A stretch of DNA of 64,000 nt, taken from Antedon mediterranea (taxonomy: Eukaryota; Animalia; Echinodermata). The stretch spans positions 20,163,237 through 20,227,236 of the forward strand of contig NC_092672.1 in the NCBI RefSeq assembly GCF_964355755.1. The letters run 5' to 3'. The position numbers and the translations under genes were made by a program. Of the stretch, positions 1-13,585 are shown piece after piece. Positions within the stretch are counted from its first letter, which is position 1. The number at the start of each line of letters is the position of its first letter. The notes below the pieces were generated by a model that saw only the letters and a program-made list of their open reading frames with translations, was not told the origin of the DNA and did no database searches.

Positions 1-2199
1 CGTTATTACTTCTTCATTCTGACATGTCTATATTGTTATGATGTTTTTTATTTAATAAATAAACGATATTTAAAAGCAAATTTAAACCCAGAATCCCCCT
101 TTAATTGTTGTAGATTCTATTTCAGTACAACCTTTTTTTAAAACTAATATTGACCTTGGTTCATCCTTGTTTCAGTTGATGGTCCTATCTTTTCAATAGA
201 ATTACATTCATGTTCACAGAGTAAATTAAGATTTATCTCCTTTAAAATTAAATTCAATAAAACTATATCCAATAACAATTTTCCTATGAATAAATAGATG
301 GAATTATTCTTAGTTTATTGATTTGATTCAGACCAATTTCATACACATTTAGCAATATTTTTTTCATTTTTTAACTAATAATATGCATAGAAAATGTTTA
401 TTTTACAACTACAATACCTCATTAAGTAATTCAGTTATTTACTTTTTTTATGGCTTTAACTAGTTGAATTCTCTCATGGTACCAATATAAAGTCCTAATT
501 GGCAATACATTTCTATTGATCATACATTCTAATAATTTATGTTTCATAATTGTTTTGGATTTTATTGTGTTACAATAAAGGAAAAATAAACGGTGCGGGA
601 AAAAACATTATCAGATGACTAAATATATGTAATATAACGTTTTAATACATTTCTGGTGTTTTTGTGCAACTTCAAATTTTTATTTTTGTGCTATAGTTTA
701 GTAGTAAACTAAATTTATCTTCCCATTTCCACCCTTTTTAAGACAGAATAGTTCAACTTCCCTTCCCCTGTAGTAGAGCACCGTATCAAGAATGTTAAAT
801 AACAGACAAGAGACATAAAATTGCTTGTCTACATACACTTTATTCACAGTACACATATGGCTGAATGCATATAACAACATTACTATAAGCCCAACAATTG
901 GGAAACCTTAAACATGCTTTTTAACAACCTACCTTAAACCCCTGCGTTAGCGGCTAAGGTAACACCAACCCAGCGAATGCTATGCAGTCCAATTAATAGA
1001 TACTTATTGTACCCACATCTTCGTAAAATATCCTTGAACAGCACGGCAGCGTGAATAGGTTATCTTTCTAGCATGTGGCTACTAGTTGATTTCACGGACT
1101 AAATAGTGCTAATGTGGTTCCATGCCTTCTACTCTCTATATCAGCATGTATAAAGACCCAGGTATCTGTGTCCAACAATAATGTCCAACCACCAATAGTT
1201 CTTGATAGTTCAAACACTGAATTATTTAATGTTTTAAATAAACTAAAATTTACACTATGTAGTATTTTTGTTAAAAAATTAATAAAATATGCACTAAATG
1301 TTGATTTTCCTTTTACCTATTCCTTGTATTAATTTAGGTAAATACAGAATTTCATTTACAGTATTGTTGTACAAAACTATGGAACAATCAAGTCCTTCTG
1401 TTTCTGAATTATTTCTTGTAATGTTAAATGATTAGTTTTACACCTTTTCACCTTCTGTCAATTATTTAAGAATTACTGACATTCAGTGATTGAAGTTTCT
1501 CCTTCATCTAATGTTCAAGCAGTATTGTTATAATGTTTTTTTATTGAGAATTGTCCTATAATTTCACACATAAATTAATTATTCCCTGAGATTTGAAATC
1601 AAAATAAAATGTACATTGACTTATTTAATAATTACCCTGATTTAATGCACAACTATTAATTTAGATTGTATACTGGCTTTTTCTTTTTATCCAAATGTAC
1701 ATATGAAAAACATAAGCACTCATTTTGAGGGCTTGTGATGAGTTTAAAATCAAATAACAATATTATCAAGTTAAAGTTCAAAACAATTTTTTTTTGTAAT
1801 GGTCAAATGAATACAAAACAGAAAATATATTTAGGTTACATTAATTTCTTTAAAAAGTAACATGAAAACATAAAATAAAATACATGAATAAAGGTAACTA
1901 TACAGGAACCAAAACTTAAAATAAATAAATAAAATCAAAAGAAATATAGACAATAGCATATTATTTTATCAGAAAAGTAGTTGGAGAGATAATGATTTTC
2001 AATTATTATACAAAAGTCTTTCTGATTAGAAAAAAGGGTTGAATCAAGACAATTCCACCTATATTTGGGGTAAAACATTATTTTTTGTTTAAAATAATTG
2101 CCAAACTCTGCAATCATCCAAAAAACATAGCAAACCTCATTTAACCAACATAAAAGTGATAGAATCAGTAGTGTACAACTCACTTGGTTTGTCAATTAA

Positions 2200-2960
2200 C
2201 AAATTTAAATATATTTTTGTTAAATACTTAATTTTGTGGTTAAGTATCATTTTTTGGTTTAAAAACAATATTGCTAAACCTTCACCGCCCCAAACAATGT
2301 TACAATAATGTATAAGTAAAACATTTTATTTTAGTTTCTTTACAATACTAATGTATTTAGATATTTTATTTGATAAAAATTTTTGGCAGCCAATAATCTA
2401 ATTAAAAGACCAAGGAATGATACTTCACTTTTTTCAATTAATTTTCCATTAAAAAAATATATCAATTGTTGTGTGTAAGTTCACTAATACAATTAGTTTT
2501 AGTCGTATTAATTAATAATTAGTTTGTAGTGAACAATTTACTAACTTACTTAACTTTAAATTTAAAAAGTTCAACAAGACAATATTGTTATTAAAATATA
2601 AAGTTGTATTATCTGCATAAAAAAATTTGTCTGAAAGATTTACTAATTATTAATTTGAAATAATGATTTCGATCTGTAAAATATCTTTTAAACCAACCTA
2701 AGAAAGAAATACCATAACAAAACAACTTGAAAATATCATGGTTAACAACATCAAATGTTTTTGATAAATTTAGAAAAGTACTTTCAAATGCAGTATTAAC
2801 AGAATTAGTGAGTTCAAGAAAAGCATGACAAGTGGTATTGTATGCATACATTTTTCATTATTTTTTGGAAAAAATGGGTAAAATTAAGATTGGTATAAAA
2901 GTATCCGTTTTTAAATACAGGATTTACATTTAATATGATTAGGTACAGAACCCATCATGA
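2200..2960 (-). mobile_element. Degenerate CR1/L2-type LINE reverse transcriptase fragment
   Basis: ORF 2609-2851(-) reads TTCHAFLELTNSVNTAFESTFLNLSKTFDVVNHDI..GWFKRYFTDRNHY, matching the LINE RT pattern ST.hAl...FLDLSKAFDTVNH.IL..WF.SYL..R.Q; boundaries approximate. Confidence 0.75.
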
Positions 2961-4318
2961 ATGATTAATTAACTAATGGCGTATGTGAGATGGCTTATAA
3001 TTAATGGAGCAACCTTTTTAAGAATCATGCTCTGAACCTTTACTAGAATTCAAATTATTAATTATATTAAGCACTTCTGTTTCAGATATAAATGAGAGGC
3101 TATATGGGAGGTGGTAATTAAGAGATTATGTCTTTGCCATTTTAGAATATTATAGAATTACAGAGTTTTACAAATGTGGCTATACTTTTTATATCTTGAA
3201 ATATTTGAACTTTTATGAATTTTTAAAAGTTTATGCTAATGTTTACTAAATTTATTTAGGTGGAGTGGGTAGAGGGTGTCATCAATAGTTGTTTTAGTGT
3301 TTTGGTTTTTTTTTAACTTCAAAAAGTATATAAAAAAATGTATCCAACATTAGGATTAACTGTACAGTTTAGACAAATCAGTTTGAGAAAGATTAAAGCA
3401 AAATGCACCTATATCTGTAATTCAGTATCAATGGTCAAGAACGTCAACCTTATTGAAAGTTAATCAATTATTTTTTAAATAGGTAAATGATCAGAGATGT
3501 CTGAATTGTAATACCTGATAAAATATCAAAATTTGTAGGCCTATAGAGTATCATGGTGTGACGTCACAATGATAGAGGGCGCTGCATGGTTGCTAGCCAA
3601 ACAAAAAATGCATTCATTTTCTATTATTTTTTAAATAGGTAAATGATCAGAGATGTCTGAATTGTAATACCCGATAAATATCAAAATTGGTAGGCCTATG
3701 GTTTGTGTAAAAATAATCAATAAGTTCTGCATTTTTTTTTTTAATTGTCATCAGTCGTAGGGAAAAACGTACAATAGTTGATAAAAAATAATTACTAATT
3801 ATGCTTATTAAATTTGATTAAAACAATAGTAAATTCTCCCACAATATTACAAAATCTTTATGATTTAAATCTTGAAAACAATTAATTTATAATAACAGCA
3901 AAATGTTCCGTGTTATTGTTGACTTGTAAATAAAGCCAATTATAGTTTGTTTTATTGATTTATAAAAAGCGAATCACATATACAGTAGTTCTTTTTTCAA
4001 TAATAACTCTGATAATATTTTGTAATAAAAGTGGCAAACCAGGTGCGTAGCACCGAGCGGGGGAGGGTTTTGGAGGAAGTGTCTCCCTCCCGAGGCTCCG
4101 AAAATGTTTGAAAAAATAGATGCTTACACACTGTTTAATAGGCTAGAGAAACTGCTTCCATCAGACTTAATAACAAATATTACATAATGTAAATTTAAAT
4201 AAATCCTTCCTAAATACTGTACGGATCTTTTTCGACGAACTAGTAACAAACTTTGATCGAAAAACTTTCAAACAAAATTAACATTTGGTAATGCGTTACT
4301 CCAAAAATGTCTCGATAG

Positions 4319-5180
4319 TTTTTTTTTTTTTTTTTTTAAGTGCAACAACATTTATTCAATATTCAATATTTTACAAAGTTTATGGGTTAAGATACACAGA
4401 AGCCAAAGTGGCTTGTCTTTGTAGTCCTAAGCATAAACATAAAACATATTATACGGACGCATTACATTTACAAAAAATGACATTTTGAGACAGAAAAAGA
4501 AAAAAAACAAAAAAAACAAAAAAAAAACACAAACACAACAAAGTGATATTAAGCTAAATATTTACAACCCCAATTTTGCAGTAGCAATAGTAGCTAGCAA
4601 TATGTTTCAAATATCATCTTTTTAATATTGTACTTTAGCATAGGGAGTGAGGTCATGTGATTTTGTTCTAAAGGGTAGACTGGAGTTTATTCCAGTATGT
4701 TGGTCCTTCAATAAAAATTGATCTTTTATTAATTTCTAGTCTACTGTGTGGAATATATAACTTATTTGCGTTTCTTAATGTCTTTAAGCGATCAGTTTTA
4801 GGGTTTAAATCAATCAAGTTGTTTATAGGGATGGGAAGTTCCTGGAGATGATATTTGAACATAAAGCATGCAATTTGAATTTTATTTATATCGTATATAT
4901 TTAACATTTTTAAACTTTGTATTAAAAGTGGTTTGGAGGCTGTTCTCATCGGTGAGTTTGTAATCATTCTAGCTATACGTTTTTGTAATTTATGTATTTT
5001 TTTCTAAGTTTGTTGGATATTCATTTCCCCATATTATATTGCAGTAATAGAGGTGTGGTAAGCTAAACGCATTGTACAAATTTAAAAGAATATGTTTAGG
5101 AAAGACGTGTTTTACCTTGTAGATGATACCAATGGATTTAGCGATTTTATTTGAGATGCAGTTTATATGGGGTTTCCATA
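4319..5180 (-). mobile_element. 5'-truncated CR1/L2-like LINE 3' end with poly(A) tail
   Basis: ORF 4668-4967(-) SKPLLIQSLKMLNIYDINKIQIACFMFKY..SIFIEGPTYWNKL is the typical post-RT C-terminus. AATAAA(-) and a T19 run (4319-4337 on +) form the tail. Confidence 0.85.
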
Positions 5181-5195
5181 GTGCATGTGTTGTGT

Positions 5196-6031
5196 CAAAG
5201 AATATATATCACAAGAATGAGTAATCCGCGATTTTCCCTGTTACAGTAATATTGTCCATGTGGTAGGGCGCCGCCATAAGTGTGGATGTATCTGGGATGT
5301 ATACAACTTTTTGTGACGGTTTCACTAATCAAAGGCTGCACCACCGGTAGTATTTTCATGATAAAAAATGTTATCAACTACATGCCAACATCATGTTAAA
5401 TACTATTTGGATATTTAATTGTTCGTTTTATGCAATTTATTTAGTAAAAACTGCCGTATAAACAGTTTGCTTTATCAACCGGGCGCTACGATAGCGTGAC
5501 CGGGCGTGTTGGTGTTTACGCGTTTTCACAAAGGATAGTTTAATAATATTCCTATATTTAACTTGTTTCTGGTAAAACAAATAAATGTTAATGACATTTA
5601 ACATTTTGTCCTATTAATAACATGTATTTTATTTTAATTTATATCATAAAAACAATACTTAATTTACCGGGCGTAGAGTAGTACACGGCAATGGTAAAGA
5701 ATAGGCCGTGTGAGTAACGATTCGTTGATTCTTGGTGTTGCTGTGTTAGGCCTTTTTTGTGAACTAACTTATCATGATAGTAAATAATTGTTTTTAAAAG
5801 TGAATGCAAACTAGTTTATTAATTAATATGTATTATAAAATAGTTTACAATTTCAAAAACTATTATCATAATTCTATTTAATGTGACATGTATAATATCT
5901 ATTAAATCAAGTCTTATTTAGTATGTATACATCCGCCCTTATGAGGGCGGGCAACACTCACTGGAGCTCTCTGTTACAAATTTCTCATGCAAAAATCGCG
6001 GAATACTCATTCTTGTGATATATATTCTTTG
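5196..6031. mobile_element. Non-autonomous P-superfamily-like TIR element (MITE), 836 bp
   Basis: ~40-bp TIRs (CAAAGAATATATATCACAAGAATGAGTA.. / ..TACTCATTCTTGTGATATATATTCTTTG) flanked by a perfect 7-bp TSD GTTGTGT (5189-5195, 6032-6038). Confidence 0.88.
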
Positions 6032-6221
6032 GTTGTGTACCATGTTTTGGTGGTCTGTTAACCTCAGATATATACCCTACAGCCGGGTGAATAACTCAAT
6101 GTAATTTGGTATACAATGATTGCAGTAATTGCCGTGTCTATAATACATACTTTTTTCAGCTGTCCCGTGTACATACAAGACATTTCATGTTTATTTTGTG
6201 CCTATAAAATAATAAAAGAAC

Positions 6222-6742
6222 ACCATGTTTCTCGTTTATATTTATCGTTTTATACTGCATACCATAATATTATACAAAAAAAACCTTAATGCGCAAGAAA
6301 AAAGTTCCCGATATTACACTCCACTCAGGGGTGTAAATATACCACGCTAACGCTTGCACACACGGACCATGGCGGCGGAAATTAACTGCAATGGAAAATG
6401 GTGTATTTCGGAGAGTGATGACGTGACGCTGGTAGTTTTTGGAGTGCGTGTGTTTTGAAAATGGGTATTTTCCGAAGATTGTAAATCGTGTTTTCTTTTT
6501 AAACTCTTGAATTCATAATAGTATTTGAACTCTTAGCTCTTTCACTGTGTAGGCCTATTTACACACAGCAATTATTGCTAACCCTACCTCTAGTAGGGCC
6601 TAGCTAGGCCTACTCTTCTTAATTAAAAGATTAATGCACGTCTAGCGACGGTCAATCTCGAGTAGGTTGCATCTTTTTTTTTTTTTTTTTTTGAGAATTA
6701 AGTGTGTTGGCTAGCCACCCTATTCACCTAGATCCGCCACTG
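6222..6742. repeat. Interspersed non-coding repeat, probably a DNA-transposon remnant; second copy at ~55645-56125
   Basis: Shared blocks TTTATACTGCATACCAT, GGAAAATGGTGTATTT.GGAGAGTGATGA, TTTTCCGAAGATT.TAAATCG and GGCTAGCCACCCTATTCACC occur in both copies; ends in GATCCGCCACTG. Confidence 0.75.
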
Positions 6743-7161
6743 TGTACTTATGTTGTTGCACCATCTGGTAAACAATCAAAATCTCTGTACTCAAATGTTT
6801 CTTTAGGCTTTTACTGTTTTTAATATTGTATTGGTGTTATGTGTGTCTGTTATTTTAACTCTAAACGTTTAACTGTTTATGATAATATTAATAAACTCTA
6901 ACAGTGTATTTTCGTTTTTAAACATGTCACTAACAAAAAACCAAACTGCGCCACTGTGTACTTATGTTGTTGCACCATCTGGTGAACAATCAAAATCTCT
7001 GTACTCAAATGTTTCTTTAGGCTTTTACTGTTTTTAATATTGTATTGGTGTTATGTGTGTCTGTTATTTTAACTCTAAACTTTTAACTGTTTATGATAAT
7101 ATTTATAAACTCCAACAGTGTATTTTCGTTTTTAAACATGTCACTAACAAAAAACCAAACT
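6735..7161 (+). repeat. Near-perfect 214-bp tandem duplication
   Basis: CGCCACTGTGTACTTATG...AAAAAACCAAACT starts at 6735 and again at 6949. Confidence 0.92.
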
Positions 7162-7612
7162 TCTTAAATTTTCTTAACAAACTCGGAAATCCACTGTTAC
7201 GATACTAGGACCTCACACAATTTTTTACATTTATTGTCCCTGGTTGCCCGCCACAAGTGTCACTTGGAGTAATCCAATTGATGAATAACTTATAGTGCTC
7301 TAGCCTCTTCTTTTTAGCATTTTTTAAAATTTCATGTTTATTTTTTTAAGCAGACATATAATTATTCATTTTAATTCTTTATTTTTGTCAAATGTTAACG
7401 TTTTATTTGAAAGAAGAAATAATAAATGTTACTTGAAATGAATGAATAAATTACTATTAACTATTAAGAAATTATTGTATTATCAAGGTGCTATCTTTTA
7501 TTTTTAAATGAGATAAAATCCTCTGGATAGGAAATAGGGTAGAATAAACTCTTGAGATGGTGAAAAATGTTTTGTAGAGCAAAGTTTTCAATTGAAATTT
7601 TATTTTATGTGA

Positions 7613-7868
7613 TAATAGAGCATTGTCACACATTGCATACAAAAACAAGTCATGATATTATTTTATGCTCACAAAACTGAATTCAGAAGAACATCAAACA
7701 TATATTTCTAAATAAAACTGAAACAAAATGAATTAGTAGTTTCTATAATTATTAAATTGCTTAAAAAAAAATAATATGGGATTTACACTACTATCTGAAT
7801 ATACATACACCTTAATCTGAATACCTTATCCAACATGAATACAGTGTTTAAACAGCGAATAATACTAT
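7613..7868 (+). repeat. Intronic segment duplicated at 12393-13196
   Basis: TAATAGAGCATTGTCACACATTGCATACAAAAACAAGTCATG...GTGTTTAAACAGCG.ATAATACTAT is present in both places. Confidence 0.9.
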
Positions 7869-8391
7869 GCCTTTATAGATTCATTCCATAACATAGTTTC
7901 ATTCCATTCAAACTAGACACAAGAAACCACCTATATTATTCTATTGAGTTCGGTAGATCATCATATAAAAGTGCATTGTGATAGGATCAGATCGTTTTTA
8001 TTTAAAAAATAAATACAATTTTCACAGCTTGAATAAGGTGACAGGGAGAAAATTAAATGAAAACCTTTCTCAATAACATTTCTCTGCTCAAATGCTGGAT
8101 TATAATGAGTTTTTAATATTAAATGTGTCCATATAATTTATTGTTTGTCAAGTAGGTCTTTTACCACACTGATGTTTATGTGAAATGGTTAAATGTATTC
8201 AGAGTGAGATCTGACAATGTAAATTATCTTAATTAAAATCATTTACATTAAAAACGTTCAATTGTATTTATATTTTTGTGCTGTTCTTAAAATACAATTG
8301 CAGTCTACCAAATCATGGCGCTACAGTATAAAGCTCAATGAGACTAAAAACTGTTAACTTATGATGTACACAGCCTATTTAATACTTAGTT

Positions 8392-9571
8392 ATATTACTT
8401 ATAACATATTTATACCAAAATATATAGATAGTTACAATATAATAGCGGTGAAAAACATCATGTTTGCACAATAAACATTAAAATATGTTTATTTTTGAAA
8501 AAATAATAAATATAGGCCTAAAGAACATTTAACATTAAAAATATTCAATAGTATATCTTCACTGTGTAAACTTTTTATTATGATCATGATTGAATTAAAT
8601 AATCTAACAATATATATATTAAAAATAATTTTAATTATACCACATTTATTAATGGTCATGCTTCATCTTCATCCAATTATCCTGGCCTCCCTGCTGGTGC
8701 TTCATTTTGGAAAAAAAATGGATCTTCATCCAAATACACATGTTCGGCTAGGGGTGCGCTTTCCTTTCCATTGGATCTTCATCCAATTATCTGGGTCTCC
8801 CTAGGGGAGCGCATGTTCCACGAATACCCTCCATGTCTCCGGTCTCATCCATAATAGCAACAATAAATAAAATACATTATTATAACTAAAATACTGTCTT
8901 TGGGGGCCTACTCATTTTATTCGCTCATTTGGCTGGTATAATTCTGGGGAATTATTTTTCCCCCAAATTCCACAATTTCCCTAACGGATGTCACTGACAT
9001 CCTTACCAATATACTTAATAACAACCATTTGATTTACTGGCTCCTGTGACAACACAATGGACCTTTAATACAGTGATGTCATATGAGTGGTGGCCCCCAA
9101 GAGGCCAAAATGTAGTTTATTATTAAGCTTTAGTAGTTTAGCATTGCTTGTACAGTATCAGTAGTAATAAATATTATGTATTGTTAAATATGTATACTGT
9201 GAATAAACTTGGAAACCTTAACCTATTTGTGTTGTGTGTAAATGCAATTTATAAAACTTCATCAAAAGTTTTACAATGGTCATATGTGTTTTGATTATTT
9301 ATACTACTACTTATAACATATTAATACCAAAATATATAGATAGTTACAATATAATAGCGGTGAAAAACATCATGTTTGCACAATAAACATTAAAATATTG
9401 ATAAAAAATAATAAATATAGGCCTAAAGAACATTTAACATTCAAAATATTCAATAGTATATCTTCACTGTGTACACCTTTTATTAAGATCATGATTGAAT
9501 TAAATAATCAACAATATATATATATTAAAAACTATTTTTAATTATACCACAATTATTAATGGTCATGCTTC
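8392..9571 (+). repeat. ~270-bp direct duplication (8392-8662 and 9305-9571) with unique sequence between
   Basis: TACTTATAACATATT..ATAGCGGTGAAAAACATCATG...TTAATGGTCATGCTTC occurs twice. Confidence 0.9.
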
Positions 9572-9633
9572 TACTGTGCTTTGCTAAAGAGGTTTGTTGT
9601 ATGACATACAGTATTATAATCTATTTTTTTTAG

Positions 9634-9732
9634 AATGGATATTCACCACTCTTGTTAGCTGCAGGCAATGGTCACACTGCTTCCTGTATGACATTAGTTG
9701 ATGCTGGTTGTAATGTGAACCAACAAAACAAA
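9634..9732 (+). CDS. Ankyrin-repeat protein, internal exon (one repeat)
   Basis: ttttttttag|99 bp|gtaagt; translates NGYSPLLLAAGNGHTASCMTLVDAGCNVNQQNK, a canonical 33-aa ankyrin repeat, phase 0. Confidence 0.92.
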
Positions 9733-10639
9733 GTAAGTTGTATACACAGTATATCTAGTAATTTCATATAATTATGCATGTATTATTGCATCGTATTGTA
9801 AATATCACAGTGTATGCAGGTATATTTTTTACAATACTCTGAGGATTATACTATTTGCTGCACCTACCCCCTCACCATTTCGCTCCATCACTAGGACAGA
9901 ATAATCTGGATTTTTTTAACCATATTATAATCCAAGTTGATCAGCTACCACCATTCAATCCTGAATGTTAAATGTTCTTTAGGCCTATATTTGTTATCCT
10001 CAAATTAGTGCATTCTATTTGTGTACCACACTCTATGCAAACTTCCTATATCTGTACCTGGCTGGTGCCATGATATTATTGTAGGTATTATTGATTCCAC
10101 TGTAAATTCACCAACCTATTTATTGAATCTTAAAGCAAAAAATATATAAAACCATAGAGATATTGAGATAAAACCAAATATTTTATCTTTTGATTCAAAA
10201 AGATTTGATGTAAAATAGTTTAAAAAGCTGACAAGAAGCTTTTATATTAGCATTATAATGAATAAAATTGTAAGGTGAATCAATCATAAAGTATTATAAC
10301 TGATATCCAAGTATACCATTTATATCGTCTGCAAAGTATATTGAAATTTCACTAAAGAACTTTGTCCTTTAAATGAAAAGGTTTTTTCTCTCCAGATATC
10401 TTGCTAAATAAATATGCTCTTTTTGTATTCAGTAAATATAATCAATCAATATAATCAATCAAATGATAGATAATTAATGGTAAACATTCAATAGGTTTTG
10501 ATTATATCATTTGTAAATAATCCATGTTTCGTAAATGAAATTGGAGAGTTTTTACTAAAGGGTTGTATGTACAATCAAAATATAATATTCACAGTATTAG
10601 TACAGCTTATGCACTTGGTTTTTTTTCATTTTTTTCAAG

Positions 10640-10738
10640 AATGGAGACAACGCTCTGCATATAATTGCTCGAGAAAAGCTTACTTATGAAGAACACAAAA
10701 TACCCTTTTGTTCTTCATACAGGACATACTATACATGA
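10640..10738 (+). CDS. Ankyrin-like exon ending in a stop (terminal, alternative or pseudo-exon)
   Basis: Polypyrimidine tract plus caag acceptor; translates NGDNALHIIAREKLTYEEHKIPFCSSYRTYYT*; the first 12 aa fit an ankyrin start; no GT donor at +99. Confidence 0.55.
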   Translation, partial: NGDNALHIIAREKLTYEEHKIPFCSSYRTYYT

Positions 10739-11351
10739 TATTACGATACCATCTGAATTAAATATTCAGCCAGTGTGCAAAAACTTCTGGATACTATTTA
10801 AGTCGATTATCAATGACTTACACAATTTAGCATTCCTATATGCTAACGCCTTTTTAATGTTTATATTATACAATGCTTTTTTTAAATAATTACAGCTGTT
10901 TTCAATGTTTTGGATACACATTATTATACATGGATAAAAAGGTTAAAGAATACACAAAAAAAGAAAGAAAAGGGAAGAATTATATTGGATAATAACAATT
11001 TAAACAGATTATAAAGATGCAATATTTAGAACAACAACAAATATTGCGGATTGAATTGTGTCTCTTTTTTAAAATATTATATGGATAACGATATACAACA
11101 ATGACAAAAAAAGGAAGATTATATTTGACAACAATGATCAAATAGATTATGAAGATTGTAGATTTAAAACAACTACTGTATTACATATTACTGATTAACT
11201 TGTATTAATCATGTCATTGAATGAATGAACAAAAGTGCTGGTTCAAGCCACAAAAGAGAAAAAAAAACCAGTGCTAGAACCCTGGTGCATCGTGTATAAG
11301 AGAATGACAAAGTGCATAAAGTATAAAACCATGAAAGAGTATAAGAGCATG

Positions 11352-12310
11352 TAGACTTTCCCCAAGTCTGTATTATCTTTTTTTTTATCTATTTGTTTTT
11401 ATTTCGACCGCAATTTTTGTCTGAAAATACAGACTTGTGAAACACGTATAGAAATCGATTTGCAGACATCGCAAACATCCGATAAGAATGACGTAAGTTA
11501 TCATACCGTATTTGGCTATATGGGGCGGGCGGTATGTAAATATGGATTTCGAATCAACCAATGATCATTTTGTTTCAAAATGAAAAAGATCGAGTACGTG
11601 CAGTGCTGAATGTACGATCGAGACTGTTGAAATATAAAATCGTAATGCCAAGTTGTTTTGTTTATTAATTGTTTAGTCCTTGGCCTAGGCCTCTTTCGTA
11701 GGTCCTTCTGAATTCGCACGTATGACCTGCCTAATAAAACGCCAATAAAGTAGTCCTACATACCACCACCAGCACACAACAGGTCTACACACCACCACAC
11801 AGCAGGACAGGGTCTGGGTGGGAATTAAATCAAAATTATCTCCGCGTAATAAATGATCCATTCAATGTTTGATTTGCGGATTTGCTAGCCTATCATCAAG
11901 ACTAGTTTTCATGTTCTTGGGAAAAATTCCATAAAATGTTTACCAGACTACTAGGCTGCTAGGCATATAAACAATTTCCAGCCTTCAGAAACTTTCATAA
12001 ATGTACCCAAGTACACATTGTCTAAACGTAACATAGCGCATGCGCATCATCTTAGTTGTTGAGTCTTTGAAATTCTGAAATATGAATATTAAAACGGAGT
12101 ACGAGTGAGTAGCCAATCGCATGCAGCTGAAACTAGTCAACTGGATAATCGTATGCACCAAGAATTCTTGGTGTCAAACCACGTGACTTGTGCGTGTTTC
12201 CCCAGACGGAGTATCCAAAATCAAGTAGTATACGTATGAAACGCCATATGTGCCAAACTATTTATCTTTTTACTAATATTAAGACAAAACTCCGTCTGGA
12301 ACCCAGACTA
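11352..12310. mobile_element. Non-autonomous DNA transposon with TAG..CTA ends and a 9-bp TSD (AcademH-like)
   Basis: TSD AAGAGCATG at 11343-11351 and 12311-12319; termini TAGACT.../...AGACTA; each end has its own sub-terminal inverted repeat. Superfamily assignment is an inference. Confidence 0.8.
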
Positions 12311-12584
12311 AAGAGCATGATGTCAATACAGAGAAGTGATTAGTGGTTTTCTGTAGTTTGCAACGCCCTTTTCATTAATTGGGTACGTGTGTTAATAGAG
12401 CATTGTCACACATTGCATACAAAAACAAGTCATGATATTAGTTTATGCTCACAAAACTGAATTCAGAAGAACATCAAACATATATTTATAAATAAAATTG
12501 AAAAAAAAATGAATTAGTAGTTTCTATAATTATAAATTGCTTTAACAAATAATTTGGGATTTACACTACCCATCTGAATGTCAA

Positions 12585-13160
12585 ACACCTTAATCTGAAT
12601 ACCTTATCCAACCTGAATACAGCATTATTATACTACACTTTAATCTGAATACCTTATCCAACCTGAATACAGCATTATTATACTACACTTTAATCTGAAT
12701 ACCTTATTTAACATGAATACAGCATTATTATACTACACTTTAATCTGAATACCTTATCAACATGAATACAGCATTATTATACTACACTTTAATCTGAATA
12801 CCTTATCAACATGAATACAGCATTATTATACTATACTTTAATCTGAATACCTTATCAACCTGAATACAGCATTACTCCCTGATTATACTACACTTTAATC
12901 TGAATACCTTATCAACCTGAATACAGCATTATTATACTACACTTTAATCTGAATACCTTATCAACATGAATACAGCATTATTATACTACACTTTAATCTG
13001 AATACCTTATCAACCTGAATACAGCATTATTATACTACACTTTAATCTGAATACCATATCAACATGAATACAGCATTATTATACTACACTTTAATCTGAA
13101 TACCTTATCAACCTGAATACAGCATTATTTACTACACTTTAATCTGAATACCTTATCCAA
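12585..13160 (+). repeat. 49-50-bp minisatellite, ~12 copies
   Basis: Unit TTATACTACACTTTAATCTGAATACCTTATCAACATGAATACAGCATTA. Confidence 0.95.
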
Positions 13161-13414
13161 CATGATTACAGTGTTTAAACAGCGCATAATACTATCCCTT
13201 ACCAAAGCTGAATGCCTTCGCTTACCATTCACAAAGCATTCGAATGCTACTCCTGGAATGCTATTATTGGCATTCGAAGGGCTAATACTTAGCATTTGAA
13301 TACTAGTGGTATATAAGCATTCAATAACTGAATTTAGCCTTCTAATGCTTCTTAGCATTCGCTAAGCCTTCCAGGGAGCCGAATTATTTAAATGAGCTTG
13401 CATGCGAATGGTTA

Positions 13415-13585
13415 GCACTAGCATTCGAATGCTAGTGGGTGAATGCTACACTAGCATTCGAATGCTAGTGGGTGAATGCTACACTAGCATTCGAAAGCTA
13501 GTGGGTGAATTCTACACTAGCATTCGAATGGTAGTGGGTGAATGCTACACTAGCATTGGAATGCTAGTGGGTGAATGCTACACTA
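13415..13585. repeat. 33-bp palindromic tandem repeat (~5 copies) inside a probable CCCT..AGGG element (~13197-13625)
   Basis: Unit CACTAGCATTCGAATGCTAGTGGGTGAATGCTA contains a 22-bp perfect palindrome. Confidence 0.85.

Noticed and set aside
1072-1161. Possible AG..GT exon near the window start
   Set aside because: Stops in all three frames and no ankyrin similarity.
8660-8850. Repeated CTTCATCCAATTA motif in a GC-richer patch
   Set aside because: Short degenerate repeat with no open frame or splice support found.
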